Shown: positions 9,603 to 19,762, counted from the first letter of the stretch. The stretch is DNA of 64,000 nucleotides from Dehalococcoidia bacterium (GCA_965207225.1 CBDBLV010000004.1:384001-448000), one strand, 5' to 3'. The notes: generated by a model not told the origin, from the sequence alone. Made by a program: numbers and translations.

Positions 9603-9641
9603 CTCCCGCACCCCACCACTCTCCGCTGCAGGAGGTCTCTT

Positions 9642-10478
9642 TTGAAATTTGGCGACCTGGACGTTCACATAATCAGCGACGGCACGATGAAGATGGACGC
9701 GGGCGTCCTGTTCGGTGTCGTCCCCAAGACCCTGTGGCAGCGCAAGGTCAAGACGGACCGCCGAAACAGACTCACCATGGGCCTGAACTGCATGTTGATC
9801 CAGGCCAACGGCCGCAACATCCTGGTGGACACGGGGGTGGGAAAGAAGGAGCCGGACCGGCTAAAAGACATCTTCGGGCTTTCGGCGGGGAAGCTGCTCA
9901 GGAGGCTGAAGGAGTACGGGGTCGGGCCACGGGACATTGACATGGTCATCCTGTCCCACCTTCACTTTGATCACGTGGGCGGGTGCACCCGGTTCAACTC
10001 CAAGGGTGAAGCGGTCCCGACCTTTCCCAAGGCCAAGTACCTGGTGCAGCGTCGGGACTGGGACGAGGCCACGCATCCCAACGAACGCACGAAAGCTGCC
10101 TACCACGTTGACGACTTCGAGCCGCTTCTATTCAACAAGCAGCTGGAGCTACTGGACGGCGATACCGAGATCGAGAAGGGTGTCGATGCGGTGCTGACAG
10201 GTGGTCATTCCGCCGGACACCAGATAGTCATGGCCGGTACCAATCAGAGGAAAGCCGTCATATTGGGAGACTTGATCGCCACCCACCACCACATCCCCTT
10301 GCCCTACATCGCGGCCTTCGACCTCTTTCCGCTGGAGAGCATGGAGCGCAAGCGAAAGCTGCTGGAAGACGCCGAGAAGTTCGGGTGGATGCTGGTGTTC
10401 TCCCACGACCCGGAGACCGTTGCCGGGCATGTGGAAAGCCGGGGAGGTCGGGTGCTTCTCAACCCCGCTAAGGTGTAG
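9642..10478 (+). CDS. MBL-fold metallo-hydrolase (YtnP-like)
   Basis: DAGVLFGVVPKTLW, LVDTG, SHLHFDHVGG, GHSAGH; TTG start after AGGAGG. Confidence 0.88.
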   Translation: MKFGDLDVHIISDGTMKMDAGVLFGVVPKTLWQRKVKTDRRNRLTMGLNCMLIQANGRNILVDTGVGKKEPDRLKDIFGLSAGKLLRRLKEYGVGPRDIDMVILSHLHFDHVGGCTRFNSKGEAVPTFPKAKYLVQRRDWDEATHPNERTKAAYHVDDFEPLLFNKQLELLDGDTEIEKGVDAVLTGGHSAGHQIVMAGTNQRKAVILGDLIATHHHIPLPYIAAFDLFPLESMERKRKLLEDAEKFGWMLVFSHDPETVAGHVESRGGRVLLNPAKV

Positions 10479-11850
10479 CTGCCAGCAGCCCTTTGCCAAT
10501 TTCACCCGTGGCGACGGCCCGGGTGATTTCATTTTCCACAATACCGTTATCTCGGGAGTAGGCGCGGATGTAGTTGCTGGACAAACCCGACCAGTACTCG
10601 ATGCCGTCCAGCGAAACCCGCTCTTCCCACAAAACGTCCAGAGGCCTACCGATAAACAACCGGCGGTAAGCCCTGGCTGATTCCTCGGCCAGAGCGAGCA
10701 TTTGGGACATCCTGCTGCGCTTTTCTTCGTCAGGGACGAGGCCTTTAAAGGCGTAGGCGCGGGTGCCGGGCCTGGGGGAGTAAGGAAAAACGTGGATAGC
10801 AGAGAAGGAGATCGCTTCGCAGAATTGGAATGACTCCTCGAAGTGTTCGGGCGTTTCGCCGGGAAACCCGACCATCACATCGGTTGTTATTGCAATATCC
10901 GGCACTACTTCCCGGTACCTGTGAACCGCCTCCCTGTATTTGTAAGTGCGATATCGACGCCCCATTCGCTCCAGGGTCGCATCGCTGCCGCTCTGCAGGG
11001 CAAGATGGACATGGGGGCAGACGCGAGGGTCTCGGAACACGTCTAGAAGCCGCGGGGTGATGTCCTGGGGTTGGAATGAGGAGACCCGAAGCCGTGGGAG
11101 GTCAGTTTCAGCCAGGATTCTTTCGATAAGGCCATGAAGCCGGCCGTCGTAGCCATCGGGATTTCGCCGGAACTCCGGGGTGGGGAGATATTGGCCGAAT
11201 GACCCGATCTGAGGGCCGGTGATGACGACCTCTTTGAAGCCCTCATCGACACGGGCATGGATGTCGGCGAGGACCTGTTCAATAGGGATATTGGACTCCC
11301 GCCCCCTGGTGGTCGGGATCACGCAGAAAGCACAGAACTGGTTGCAGCCGTCCTGTATCTTCACAAAGGCCCGGCTCCTCCCACCGCCCCTTAACTCCTC
11401 GGCTGGAGCAATGCTTCTTCCTTTTTCCCATCCTATAACCAGTTCCGAGGCAACATCGGCCAAGCGGGTCTTATCGGGATTAAGGACGAGGGCGTCGACG
11501 CTTTGGAGGGCTTGAACCTCATCCGGGGCCCGTGTGGCGTAGCAACCGGTGGCGATGACCTTGGCATTGGGGTTGCGGCGCTTCGCACCATTCAGCCACT
11601 GGCGGCCTTTGGCGTCGGCGACGTGGGTAACGCTGCAAGTGTTAAGGACGTACAGGTCAGCCTTCGCTGCCTGAGGGACGATCCGGAAGCCGGCGGCGGT
11701 CAGTTGTCGAGAGATGGCATCGGCCTCGGCCTGGTTGAGCTTGCAGCCGTGGGCGGCCACGGCAGCTCGGGGTCGGGCTGGCGACCCAGCTTCGCCGTTG
11801 GGGGTGGGAGTTGCCGCTACATCTGTTGGAAGTGGGGTGGGCATTCTCAT
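10468..11850 (-). CDS. mtaB: tRNA methylthiotransferase (MtaB-type radical SAM)
   Basis: GCKLNQAE, NTCSVT, TGCYA, VKIQDGCNQFCAFC, HLALQSGS, VGFPGET, HVFPYSPRPGT. Confidence 0.88.
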   Translation of the reverse strand: MRMPTPLPTDVAATPTPNGEAGSPARPRAAVAAHGCKLNQAEADAISRQLTAAGFRIVPQAAKADLYVLNTCSVTHVADAKGRQWLNGAKRRNPNAKVIATGCYATRAPDEVQALQSVDALVLNPDKTRLADVASELVIGWEKGRSIAPAEELRGGGRSRAFVKIQDGCNQFCAFCVIPTTRGRESNIPIEQVLADIHARVDEGFKEVVITGPQIGSFGQYLPTPEFRRNPDGYDGRLHGLIERILAETDLPRLRVSSFQPQDITPRLLDVFRDPRVCPHVHLALQSGSDATLERMGRRYRTYKYREAVHRYREVVPDIAITTDVMVGFPGETPEHFEESFQFCEAISFSAIHVFPYSPRPGTRAYAFKGLVPDEEKRSRMSQMLALAEESARAYRRLFIGRPLDVLWEERVSLDGIEYWSGLSSNYIRAYSRDNGIVENEITRAVATGEIGKGLLAATP

Positions 11851-12056
11851 CGTTGTGTCATCGAATTGCGGTTAGGGCACTACACGCCTAAATACATTAT
11901 CGGGTAAGGGTCTCGGGGATGCCAACAAGGGGATTGCCTCTCAGAATACAAACAGCCGTTGTGTTATACTTCACATTCGATATAAATATTGCAAGCCTTC
12001 GCGTCTGCACCCTAACCCTTAAGACCTGCAAGGGCCGCAACGGCCCGGGAGTTCCC

Positions 12057-13595
12057 ATGACTTTACAGGCCACCAGGGGCGCCGGATCCCAAACATACAA
12101 CCGACCCCGTAGAGTCCTTTTAGCAGAACCGCCCAACAAGCTCTTCGTCGGCTTCAACGCCACGGTGATCGTGGAGCCGCTGGGACTGGAATACCTGGCG
12201 GGCAACCTGCTCGACATAGTGGACGTTCGGATATTCGACATGCGTGTCGATACGACGCCCCTGGCCCAAGTCATCGAGGAGTTCAAGCCCGACGTGGTCG
12301 GGATTCGGGAGGGGTACACAGTTGACGTCTCCTCAGTGAAGGAGGTGGCGCGGGACATCAAGAGCATATCCCAGGATATTGTGGTGGTGGTCGGGGGTCA
12401 TCACGTTTCGCTTGCCCCCCAGGATGCCTTCAGCCCGGACATCGACGCTATAGTAATTGGTGATGGAGAAAACACTTTCCGTCGTCTCGTCCTCAGCCTT
12501 CAAAACGACAGGGGCCTGGACGATATACCGGAGGTCTTCTACCGGACCGCGAGCGGTGAATTTGACGGGTCGAACGTCAAGAAGGCGAAAAAGAGCTCCC
12601 TCAAAGAGTTCGACTCCCTGTCCATGAACGAGCGCCCCATGCCCGCCCGACACCTGGTAGACCAGTACCGCGATGATTATTTCTTCCTCTATCACACCCG
12701 TCCCTACTCCGTTGAAATGGCGCGAGGCTGCATCTACCGCTGCAACTTCTGCTCCGTCCACGAGTTCCACCGCGGTGAATATAAGGTCCAGGGCAATGAC
12801 CGTACCCTCCTGGAACTTTCCAAGCTCCCGCGCAACTCCTGGATCAACATTGTCGATGACCTAGCCATACAAGAGCTGCCCGGATCCCTGAGGATGGCCT
12901 ACCCCGCAGGCTTCGACCCCATGGACGACCTGGCCGACAAGGTAATCGACATGGACCTGGGGCAGCGTTACTGGATGCAGGTGCGGGCCGACAACGTGGT
13001 CCGCAACCCGAAGAAGTTCGAGAAGTGGGCCAAGGCAGGCCTCGACACCGTGCTCATCGGGCTGGAGTCCTTTGAGCAGAGCGACCTGAACTCGGTATCC
13101 AAGGGAACTCGGGTGGGGGACAACGAAAAGAGCATAGACATCCTGCACAGTTTCGGGGTGCGAATCTGGGGTGCAGTCATTGTATTCCAGAACTGGATGG
13201 ACAAGAATTTCGACAACCTGAAGAACGCGGTCTACCACAACAGGATAGAGTTCCCCAACTACACCATACTCACACCGCTTCCCGGCACCGGCCAGTGGAA
13301 GGACATGCACAGCAGCCTGATCACCAAGGACCCCCCATTCTTCGATTTCCTCCACAGCGTGCTCCCGACCAAGCTGAAGGGCGAAAGGTTCTACGAACAG
13401 TACGCCTCCCTATGGAGGGCGGTCGGGGACGGGGGGATGGACAGGATCCGGAGGATGCTGGGCGAGGTGTCTACCACACGGGAGAGCGTCATGAAGTTCC
13501 TGCGCCAGTACAAGACCCTCTCCGAGTTGGAGACGTACCGCCGGGGCATCGAGCTCCTGGAACGGGGAGCACCAACCAAGCAGTCCAGCCCCTGA
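12057..13595 (+). CDS. Cobalamin-binding radical SAM protein (HpnR-like)
   Basis: EPLGLEYLA, VVGGHH, IGDGE (B12 domain); RGCIYRCNFC; IGLES; LTPLPGT; FFDFLHSVLPTKL. Confidence 0.88.
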   Translation: MTLQATRGAGSQTYNRPRRVLLAEPPNKLFVGFNATVIVEPLGLEYLAGNLLDIVDVRIFDMRVDTTPLAQVIEEFKPDVVGIREGYTVDVSSVKEVARDIKSISQDIVVVVGGHHVSLAPQDAFSPDIDAIVIGDGENTFRRLVLSLQNDRGLDDIPEVFYRTASGEFDGSNVKKAKKSSLKEFDSLSMNERPMPARHLVDQYRDDYFFLYHTRPYSVEMARGCIYRCNFCSVHEFHRGEYKVQGNDRTLLELSKLPRNSWINIVDDLAIQELPGSLRMAYPAGFDPMDDLADKVIDMDLGQRYWMQVRADNVVRNPKKFEKWAKAGLDTVLIGLESFEQSDLNSVSKGTRVGDNEKSIDILHSFGVRIWGAVIVFQNWMDKNFDNLKNAVYHNRIEFPNYTILTPLPGTGQWKDMHSSLITKDPPFFDFLHSVLPTKLKGERFYEQYASLWRAVGDGGMDRIRRMLGEVSTTRESVMKFLRQYKTLSELETYRRGIELLERGAPTKQSSP

Positions 13596-13620
13596 TTCCG
13601 GTCCAACTCAGAACTCTCAT

Positions 13621-14865
13621 ATGGCAGAAAATCGCGTAGCTGTTACCGGCGTTGGCCTCGTTACTCCCCTGGGTTTGGATGTCGAGTCCACGTGGAGCGG
13701 GCTAATCGGCGGGAAATCAGGGGTGGACTACATCACTGCCTTTGACTCCTCCGACTACGAGACCCACATCGCCGCCGAAGTTTCGGACTTCAATCCCAAC
13801 GATCACCTGGACCGCAAGGCCGCCCGACGCATGGACCGTTTCGTCCAGTTCGCCGTCATTGCTGCCAGGGAAGCGGCCACACAGTCGGGGCTTGAGATCA
13901 CCGATGAGAACGCCGGTGACGTGGGGACGGTAATCGGGAGCGGGATCGGGGGGCTGATCACACTATCGGAGCAGTTCAACGTGCTCCGGGACAAGGGGCC
14001 TTCCCGGATAAGTCCGTTTTTGGTCCCGATGATGATCACGGATATGGCGTCGGGGCAGGTGTCCATCGATCTCGGGATCAAGGGGCCGAACTACTGCACA
14101 ACCTCGGCCTGTTCCAGCGGCAGCGACGCCATAGGCACGGCTTACCAGCTAATCCAAGCTGGCAAGGCCAAGGCGATGATCACCGGCGGCGCCGAGGCCA
14201 GCGTCACGCCCATCGCCATCGCCGGGTTCAACGCTGCCAAGGCCCTTTCCACGAGGAACGACGAACCTCAGAAGGCCTGCAGGCCCTTTGACGCGGGTCG
14301 GGACGGCTTCGTCATGGGCGAAGGGGCGGCCCTGATGATGCTGGAAGAGATGGACCACGCTCGGGAGAGGGGAGCTCCCATCCTGGCAGAGCTAATCGGG
14401 TACGGCAGCTCGGGGGACGCGTTTCACGTCACCGCCCCTGCTGAGGGTGGCGAGGGCAGCATCCGGGCCATGAAGATGGCGCTGGAAGACGCCCAGGTCC
14501 ATCCCGACGACATCGACTACATTAACGCCCACGGCACCTCAACACCCCTCAATGACAAGTTCGAGACACTGGCCATCAAGAAAGTCTTCCAGGAAGAGGC
14601 CTACCGCATCCCGATCTCCTCGACCAAGTCGATGACAGGTCACCTGATCGGGGCGGCGGCGGCGCTGGAGGCGGCGATCACCGTGCTGGCCATCGAGCGC
14701 GGCGAGATCCCCCCGACGATCAACCTGGAAGACCCCGACCCCGAATGCGACCTGGACTACACCCCTCACACCCCCCGCCGCGGCGAGGTAAAGGTGGCGA
14801 TGTCCAACTCCCTGGGGTTTGGTGGACACAACTCGGTTCTGATCTTCCGCCAACCTCCGGTCTGA
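13621..14865 (+). CDS. fabF: Beta-ketoacyl-ACP synthase II
   Basis: TSACSSG, INAHGTST, TKSMTGHLIGA, SNSLGFGGHN. Confidence 0.96.
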   Translation: MAENRVAVTGVGLVTPLGLDVESTWSGLIGGKSGVDYITAFDSSDYETHIAAEVSDFNPNDHLDRKAARRMDRFVQFAVIAAREAATQSGLEITDENAGDVGTVIGSGIGGLITLSEQFNVLRDKGPSRISPFLVPMMITDMASGQVSIDLGIKGPNYCTTSACSSGSDAIGTAYQLIQAGKAKAMITGGAEASVTPIAIAGFNAAKALSTRNDEPQKACRPFDAGRDGFVMGEGAALMMLEEMDHARERGAPILAELIGYGSSGDAFHVTAPAEGGEGSIRAMKMALEDAQVHPDDIDYINAHGTSTPLNDKFETLAIKKVFQEEAYRIPISSTKSMTGHLIGAAAALEAAITVLAIERGEIPPTINLEDPDPECDLDYTPHTPRRGEVKVAMSNSLGFGGHNSVLIFRQPPV

Positions 14866-15013
14866 CCTCGGAGTCGGGCCAGAATTGCCCAACTATTGGC
14901 CTTATCCGGTCGCGTTCAAAGCCGGGCACTGGTAAAGACTAGAGCCACCATGTACTATATTGGCGTAGGGCGATCAGCTCCTAGAATGTCATAGCCCAGC
15001 GAGGTGTCAGCAG

Positions 15014-15379
15014 TTGCAACCGGGTGAAGTAAGTTCCTCCGAACGTATGTGGGCTGCCATAGCCCACGCGAATATAGTGCTGAACGTAATAACCTTTTTC
15101 CCATATTTTGTAGCAGTCACTATGGGTATCTGGATATTCAAGAGAAGAAGCTCCAAATATGTAGGTTTTCAAGCATTACAGGCCTTTGTATTCCAGGCAG
15201 TTACCGGCTTTATAGCTTTCTTCATTGGGTCGGCGTTGGGTTTTGGGGTCGGCTTGCTCGTATTGGCAATCCCAATCCTTTATGGGATGTATGGTGCTTA
15301 CCGATGTAACCAAGGCCAGCAATTCAGATACGTATTCATAGGTGATTTACTGTCATCTATGACTTCCAAGGACAACTAG
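15014..15379 (+). CDS. Small membrane protein, DUF4870-like
   Basis: ERMWAAIAH...YVGFQALQAF...GAYRCNQGQQFRYVFIG; three hydrophobic segments; TTG start. Confidence 0.7.
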   Translation: MQPGEVSSSERMWAAIAHANIVLNVITFFPYFVAVTMGIWIFKRRSSKYVGFQALQAFVFQAVTGFIAFFIGSALGFGVGLLVLAIPILYGMYGAYRCNQGQQFRYVFIGDLLSSMTSKDN

Positions 15380-15564
15380 TCACCCACCCAGTTGGTTGCT
15401 ACAACCCCACACCGTTATTTGACAAGCGTATAATCGGGTCAGGTAGTTGAGGGGAGGGTCTTTACGGATGACCCGCGTGGCCACGGAGATAGCAGAGCCC
15501 CGACGCCTCAAGGCGCCATTTGCCTTACTCTGCTCTGCTTGGATTCTGGCAGGGGGTTGACCTG

Positions 15565-16254
15565 ATGCCTTACGAGCCGAAAATCGACTCGAAAGTCTGC
15601 CGCCATTGCACGGTGCTTGCACTCGTCACGGAGACCAGGTGCCAAAGCTGTGGAGGTCAGTCCTGGGGCCCGATTCCCGACTCGCTCCTGCACGTAGTCG
15701 ACCCGGAAGTTATCAGGAACGGCCACGGCACTTTACGGCTCGACGGGTATCGACCCATAAGCTGGCCCCCTCCCGACGCCGACGTACACGAACGTGATCT
15801 GCCCCCCCTTCCCAAAAAGGACCCTGACATCGCGGCAATGCTAGCATCGCTGTGCGCCCTGATCGGGATCTGGGGCGTGGGGCACATATACGTGGGCAAG
15901 GTGATAACCGGCCTGCTGCTGATGATAACGGGTGCGGCGGTCTGGGGTATCTTCGTCCTGCTGACCTTCATAGGCCAGGGCACGGTTTTCTATGCTCTAG
16001 GGGTTCCTGCGTGGGCGGCGCTCATCTATGTCGCATATCCCAAAGAGGCGTCGGACCCGCTGAGGGGTCGGGCGTTCATCCTGCCGGGGCTGGCCATCAC
16101 TCTAACAGTGGGGATGGTGTGGGCCAACGTGCTGTACACGTATGTATTCATCGCGGTCGGGATCGCCGCATGGATATACCTGACAACTCGGGCGTTCAAC
16201 CTGGCCAACGAATACAACGATGAACTGGACCGCAGCGGGTTGTCACTCTGGTAA
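15565..16254 (+). CDS. Membrane protein with N-terminal CxxC...CxxC and TM2/NINE-like segment
   Basis: CRHC...CQSC, then KDPDIAAMLAS...WGVGHIYVG and several TM helices. Confidence 0.7.
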   Translation: MPYEPKIDSKVCRHCTVLALVTETRCQSCGGQSWGPIPDSLLHVVDPEVIRNGHGTLRLDGYRPISWPPPDADVHERDLPPLPKKDPDIAAMLASLCALIGIWGVGHIYVGKVITGLLLMITGAAVWGIFVLLTFIGQGTVFYALGVPAWAALIYVAYPKEASDPLRGRAFILPGLAITLTVGMVWANVLYTYVFIAVGIAAWIYLTTRAFNLANEYNDELDRSGLSLW

Positions 16255-16273
16255 CCGCTGTGCTCCTCCCTGA

Positions 16274-17962
16274 ATGACGAAGTTCCGCTGGACAATTGCG
16301 CCCCCCGTGCCCCGGGACAGGATGGCGCGATATCGGGGCATTCCCCCATCTACAGCCCAGATTTCCTACAACCGCGGCCTGGCTGACCTTGCGCAGATCA
16401 AGGCCTTTCTGTCCATTGAAGAGCACCCCCTCCCCGACGCAGGACTCCTTCCGGACATCGGGCCGGCCATTGAGCGGATCGCCAAAGCAATCCATGACCG
16501 TGAGCTGATAGCCGTATACGGGGACTTCGATGCGGATGGGGTTACGGCGACGGCACTGCTGAACAATGGTCTTACCGGACTCGGGGCTAGGACTACGCCT
16601 TACATTCCCCATCGCACGGAGGAAGGGCACGGGCTTAGCGTCCAGGGGCTGGAGCAGTTCCGGGCCCTGGGGGTCGACCTCATTGTCACCGCAGACTGCG
16701 GCGTGAGCTCGCTGGAAGAGGTGAAGCTGGCGAACGAGATGGGCATGGACGTCGTCGTCACGGACCACCACACCCCACCTCCCAACCTACCCCCGGCCAT
16801 CGCGGTCATAGACGCCAAGCGGGAGGACTCGCAGTATCCGTTCCGGGAGCTGGCGGCGGTCGGGCTTGCATACAGGATTATTCAGACCCTGCGGCAACAC
16901 CTGGGCCACGACGAAGATGAGAGCCTGCTGGACCTGGTGGCGCTAGGTTCCGTGGCGGACATGGCGCCGCTGGTCGGCGACAATCGCAACCTGGTCAAGC
17001 GCGGCCTGGAAGTGCTGAACCGGGCAGAGCGCCCGGGCTTGAGAGAACTCATGGCCCGGGCGGGGGTAACCCCCGGGGCCCTGGACACCGAGTCGATATC
17101 CTTTTCCCTGGCGCCACGGATAAATGCGGCGGGTCGGGTGGATCACGCAATTACGAGCTACCGGTTATTGACGGCTACGTCGGGGGCGGAGGCGCAGCCC
17201 CTGGCGGAGGAGCTGAACAATCGAAACAGGCAGCGCCGAAGCCATACCGAGGAAGCATTCGGCAAGGTCCAGTCCCAGCTGGGCGACTCCGTAATGGATG
17301 ACTCCATAATCATCGCCGGGGGGCCTGGGTTAGAGCCGGGGGTGGTGGGGCTGGTGGCGGGGAAACTGGCCGAGGAGCACTACAAGCCGGCAGTCGTGCT
17401 ATCAACAGGGCCGGAGGTGTCTCGGGCCTCGTGCCGCTCGATCCCGGAGTTCGACATCACGGCGGCACTCCAGCAGTGCGCCGACCTATTTGTACGGCAC
17501 GGCGGTCACTCACAGGCGGCGGGTTTCGTGATAGCCAACGAGAATCTGGATGCGCTGAGGGCTCGGCTCAGGGAGGTTGCCTCGGAGAAGCTGGCCGGGC
17601 TGGAACTTCAGCCTTCAATCAAGATCGACGTGGCTATGCCTCTGGGTGACATCGAGGCCCGGTTGGTTAAGTTCCTGCAACTGCTGGAACCCGTGGGCCA
17701 GGGGAATCCAAGACCGGTGTTCCTGTCCAAAAGGCTTACGCCGTTCGGGGCACGGACGATGGGGGCCGACGAGGCCCATCTCAGGTTGTCGCTGCGGGAC
17801 GGGGGCGCCGTTTGGAATGCGGTGGCCTTCAGGATGGGGCACAGGATAGGGGAGTTGAGGGGGCCCATCGACGCGGTATACCACATCAAGACAGACTACT
17901 GGCAGGGCAGGGAGAGGCAGGAACTGGAGCTAATCGATTTCGCTGCTGCCAGTCGGGGCTAG
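16274..17962 (+). CDS. recJ: ssDNA-specific exonuclease RecJ
   Basis: YGDFDADG, TADCG, TDHH, LGSVAD, PRINAAGR, GGHSQAAG. Confidence 0.96.
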   Translation: MTKFRWTIAPPVPRDRMARYRGIPPSTAQISYNRGLADLAQIKAFLSIEEHPLPDAGLLPDIGPAIERIAKAIHDRELIAVYGDFDADGVTATALLNNGLTGLGARTTPYIPHRTEEGHGLSVQGLEQFRALGVDLIVTADCGVSSLEEVKLANEMGMDVVVTDHHTPPPNLPPAIAVIDAKREDSQYPFRELAAVGLAYRIIQTLRQHLGHDEDESLLDLVALGSVADMAPLVGDNRNLVKRGLEVLNRAERPGLRELMARAGVTPGALDTESISFSLAPRINAAGRVDHAITSYRLLTATSGAEAQPLAEELNNRNRQRRSHTEEAFGKVQSQLGDSVMDDSIIIAGGPGLEPGVVGLVAGKLAEEHYKPAVVLSTGPEVSRASCRSIPEFDITAALQQCADLFVRHGGHSQAAGFVIANENLDALRARLREVASEKLAGLELQPSIKIDVAMPLGDIEARLVKFLQLLEPVGQGNPRPVFLSKRLTPFGARTMGADEAHLRLSLRDGGAVWNAVAFRMGHRIGELRGPIDAVYHIKTDYWQGRERQELELIDFAAASRG

Positions 17963-18774
17963 GCAGCAGGCGCGGGGCTGACGGCCGGGGTGCGGCGGTC
18001 AAGCACTGAGCCACCCATGTAGCCGAGCCAGATCGGGACAAGGGGGAGGATGCAGGGGGACAGGAATGAGAGAATGCCGCCTGCGAAAGCGATGATTATC
18101 GACGCCCCGCCCATGCCAGTCACCTCGCTGCTTCCCGTGACCTCGGGGATGAAGGTGAAGTAAGAGTTCAACTGCTGCAGGGAGCCGGTGACTATCAAGG
18201 CCCCGATCAGGACCAGCAGGAGGCCGCTCATAAGCTCGATGAATTCGAGGTAGGGGTTTACCTTCTTCAGCCAGCGCCTGGCAACGCCGATGAATGCTCC
18301 GACCAGCAGGAACGGGACCCCGAGGCCAAGGGAGTAGGCGAACATCAAGACCGCCCCCTGCCCGACGGAGCCTTCGAGGGTCAGGGACAGGATGCCGGCC
18401 AGGATGGGCCCGACGCACGGCGTCCACCCGATGGCGAATGCCGCGCCGACCACACCCGACCTCAGCAGGTTTGGCTTGTCGCCGGCGTTGATGCCGATGC
18501 CTCTCTGGCGGTAGAGGATGTTGGTGATGGGGCCGAATCGTACAACGCCGCTCAGGTGGAAACCGAGGATTATGAGAACCGTACCTGCCCCGATCTCCAG
18601 CCAGTCGCGCCACGTTCCCGTTCCAAGAGACCCGATCAGTGCGCCGAGACCTGTGAAAACAAGGGAAAACCCCGTCACAAAAGCGACGGCATGAATAAAG
18701 GGGGCAGGCGAGAAGCCTATCCTGGCCAAGCCCCGGGGTTCGGGTTGCTGTGCTCCTGCTGCAGGCGTCGACAT
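17959..18774 (-). CDS. ccdA: Cytochrome c biogenesis protein CcdA (circularly permuted)
   Basis: GWTPCVGPIL and YSLGLGVPFLL are present. The normally N-terminal AFAGGILSFLSPCILPLVP helix is at the C-terminus. Confidence 0.88.
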   Translation of the reverse strand: MSTPAAGAQQPEPRGLARIGFSPAPFIHAVAFVTGFSLVFTGLGALIGSLGTGTWRDWLEIGAGTVLIILGFHLSGVVRFGPITNILYRQRGIGINAGDKPNLLRSGVVGAAFAIGWTPCVGPILAGILSLTLEGSVGQGAVLMFAYSLGLGVPFLLVGAFIGVARRWLKKVNPYLEFIELMSGLLLVLIGALIVTGSLQQLNSYFTFIPEVTGSSEVTGMGGASIIIAFAGGILSFLSPCILPLVPIWLGYMGGSVLDRRTPAVSPAPAA

Positions 18775-18893
18775 TAAGCTATCGATCCCTCTGTCAAACT
18801 AAACCTATATCTTTAGTATGGCAACAACGGACGGGCTCTGCAATGTGTCGTCGTTCTTCATAACGAACGAAATGCGGAAAGGTTGTCCCGGGT

Positions 18894-19730
18894 TCATGCC
18901 GTCTTAGGAGGTGGGCCCGGGGCGCGGGGAGCCTCCGGCGTCTGGCGCAACAGCAGATAGGCGCCGACGACCGCTACTGCAATCAGGGTCAAGAGGGCGA
19001 TAACGTGGGCCTGCTGCAGGGAGCCTATCCTCGCGGGGTCGTCACGGGTGAACTGGACGAGGAACCGGATGGCGGAGTATCCGGCCAGGTAGATAAGCAT
19101 GACCATTCCGTCGGGCCTGACGCGACCCAGGAGTTTCATGATTACGAAGAAGAGCAGGACGTCGGCGACCATTTCGTAGGCGACGGACGGGTGATAGCCA
19201 AGCTCTGCGCCTGACGCCGACTGAGGCACGGCCGGTCTGCCGGTGTTCAGCCCCGGCCAGCTCGGGTGGGTGTGGACCCAGCCCCAGGGAAGGCTGGTGG
19301 TGGTGCTGAAATGCTCACCGTTGATGACATCGCCAACGCGGCCTATGGTCTGGGCCACGAGCATCATAGGGGCGGTGATGTCGGCGAGCTTGCCGACGGA
19401 CTGCTTGTTGAGTATGGCCCAGGCAACACCCGTGACCGTCCCGCCGAGGAGCGCCCCCCAGAGCCCGACACCACCGTTCCAGATGAAGAAGATGTCGGCG
19501 GGGTTGTTTCGGTAGAAGTGCCAGGCGTCGAAGACGTGGACCAGCCGGGCCCCGACCACTCCGCCGGGCACGGCCCAGGCAGCGCAGGAATAGACTACCT
19601 GCTGGTCCATGCCCCGATATCGGGCCAATCTTGCAGTGCCGAAAACGGCAAATGCCACGCCGATGGCGGTGAATATGCCGTGCCAGGAGAGTCCCCCTAC
19701 CAGGTAGGGGTCCATGCTGATTTCAAGCAT
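18894..19730 (-). CDS. lgt: Prolipoprotein diacylglyceryl transferase
   Basis: GARLVHV, IWNGG.G.WG, AQTIGRVGDVINGE, LPWG, HPSVAYE, RFLVQFTR. Confidence 0.88.
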   Translation of the reverse strand: MLEISMDPYLVGGLSWHGIFTAIGVAFAVFGTARLARYRGMDQQVVYSCAAWAVPGGVVGARLVHVFDAWHFYRNNPADIFFIWNGGVGLWGALLGGTVTGVAWAILNKQSVGKLADITAPMMLVAQTIGRVGDVINGEHFSTTTSLPWGWVHTHPSWPGLNTGRPAVPQSASGAELGYHPSVAYEMVADVLLFFVIMKLLGRVRPDGMVMLIYLAGYSAIRFLVQFTRDDPARIGSLQQAHVIALLTLIAVAVVGAYLLLRQTPEAPRAPGPPPKTA

Positions 19731-19762
19731 TCATGTTTCCTATGCCCTGTGTTTCCACATCC

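Noticed and set aside
9419-9640. tRNA-anchored genomic island
   Set aside because: No integrase beside the tRNAs and no duplicated tRNA 3' end seen in the window.
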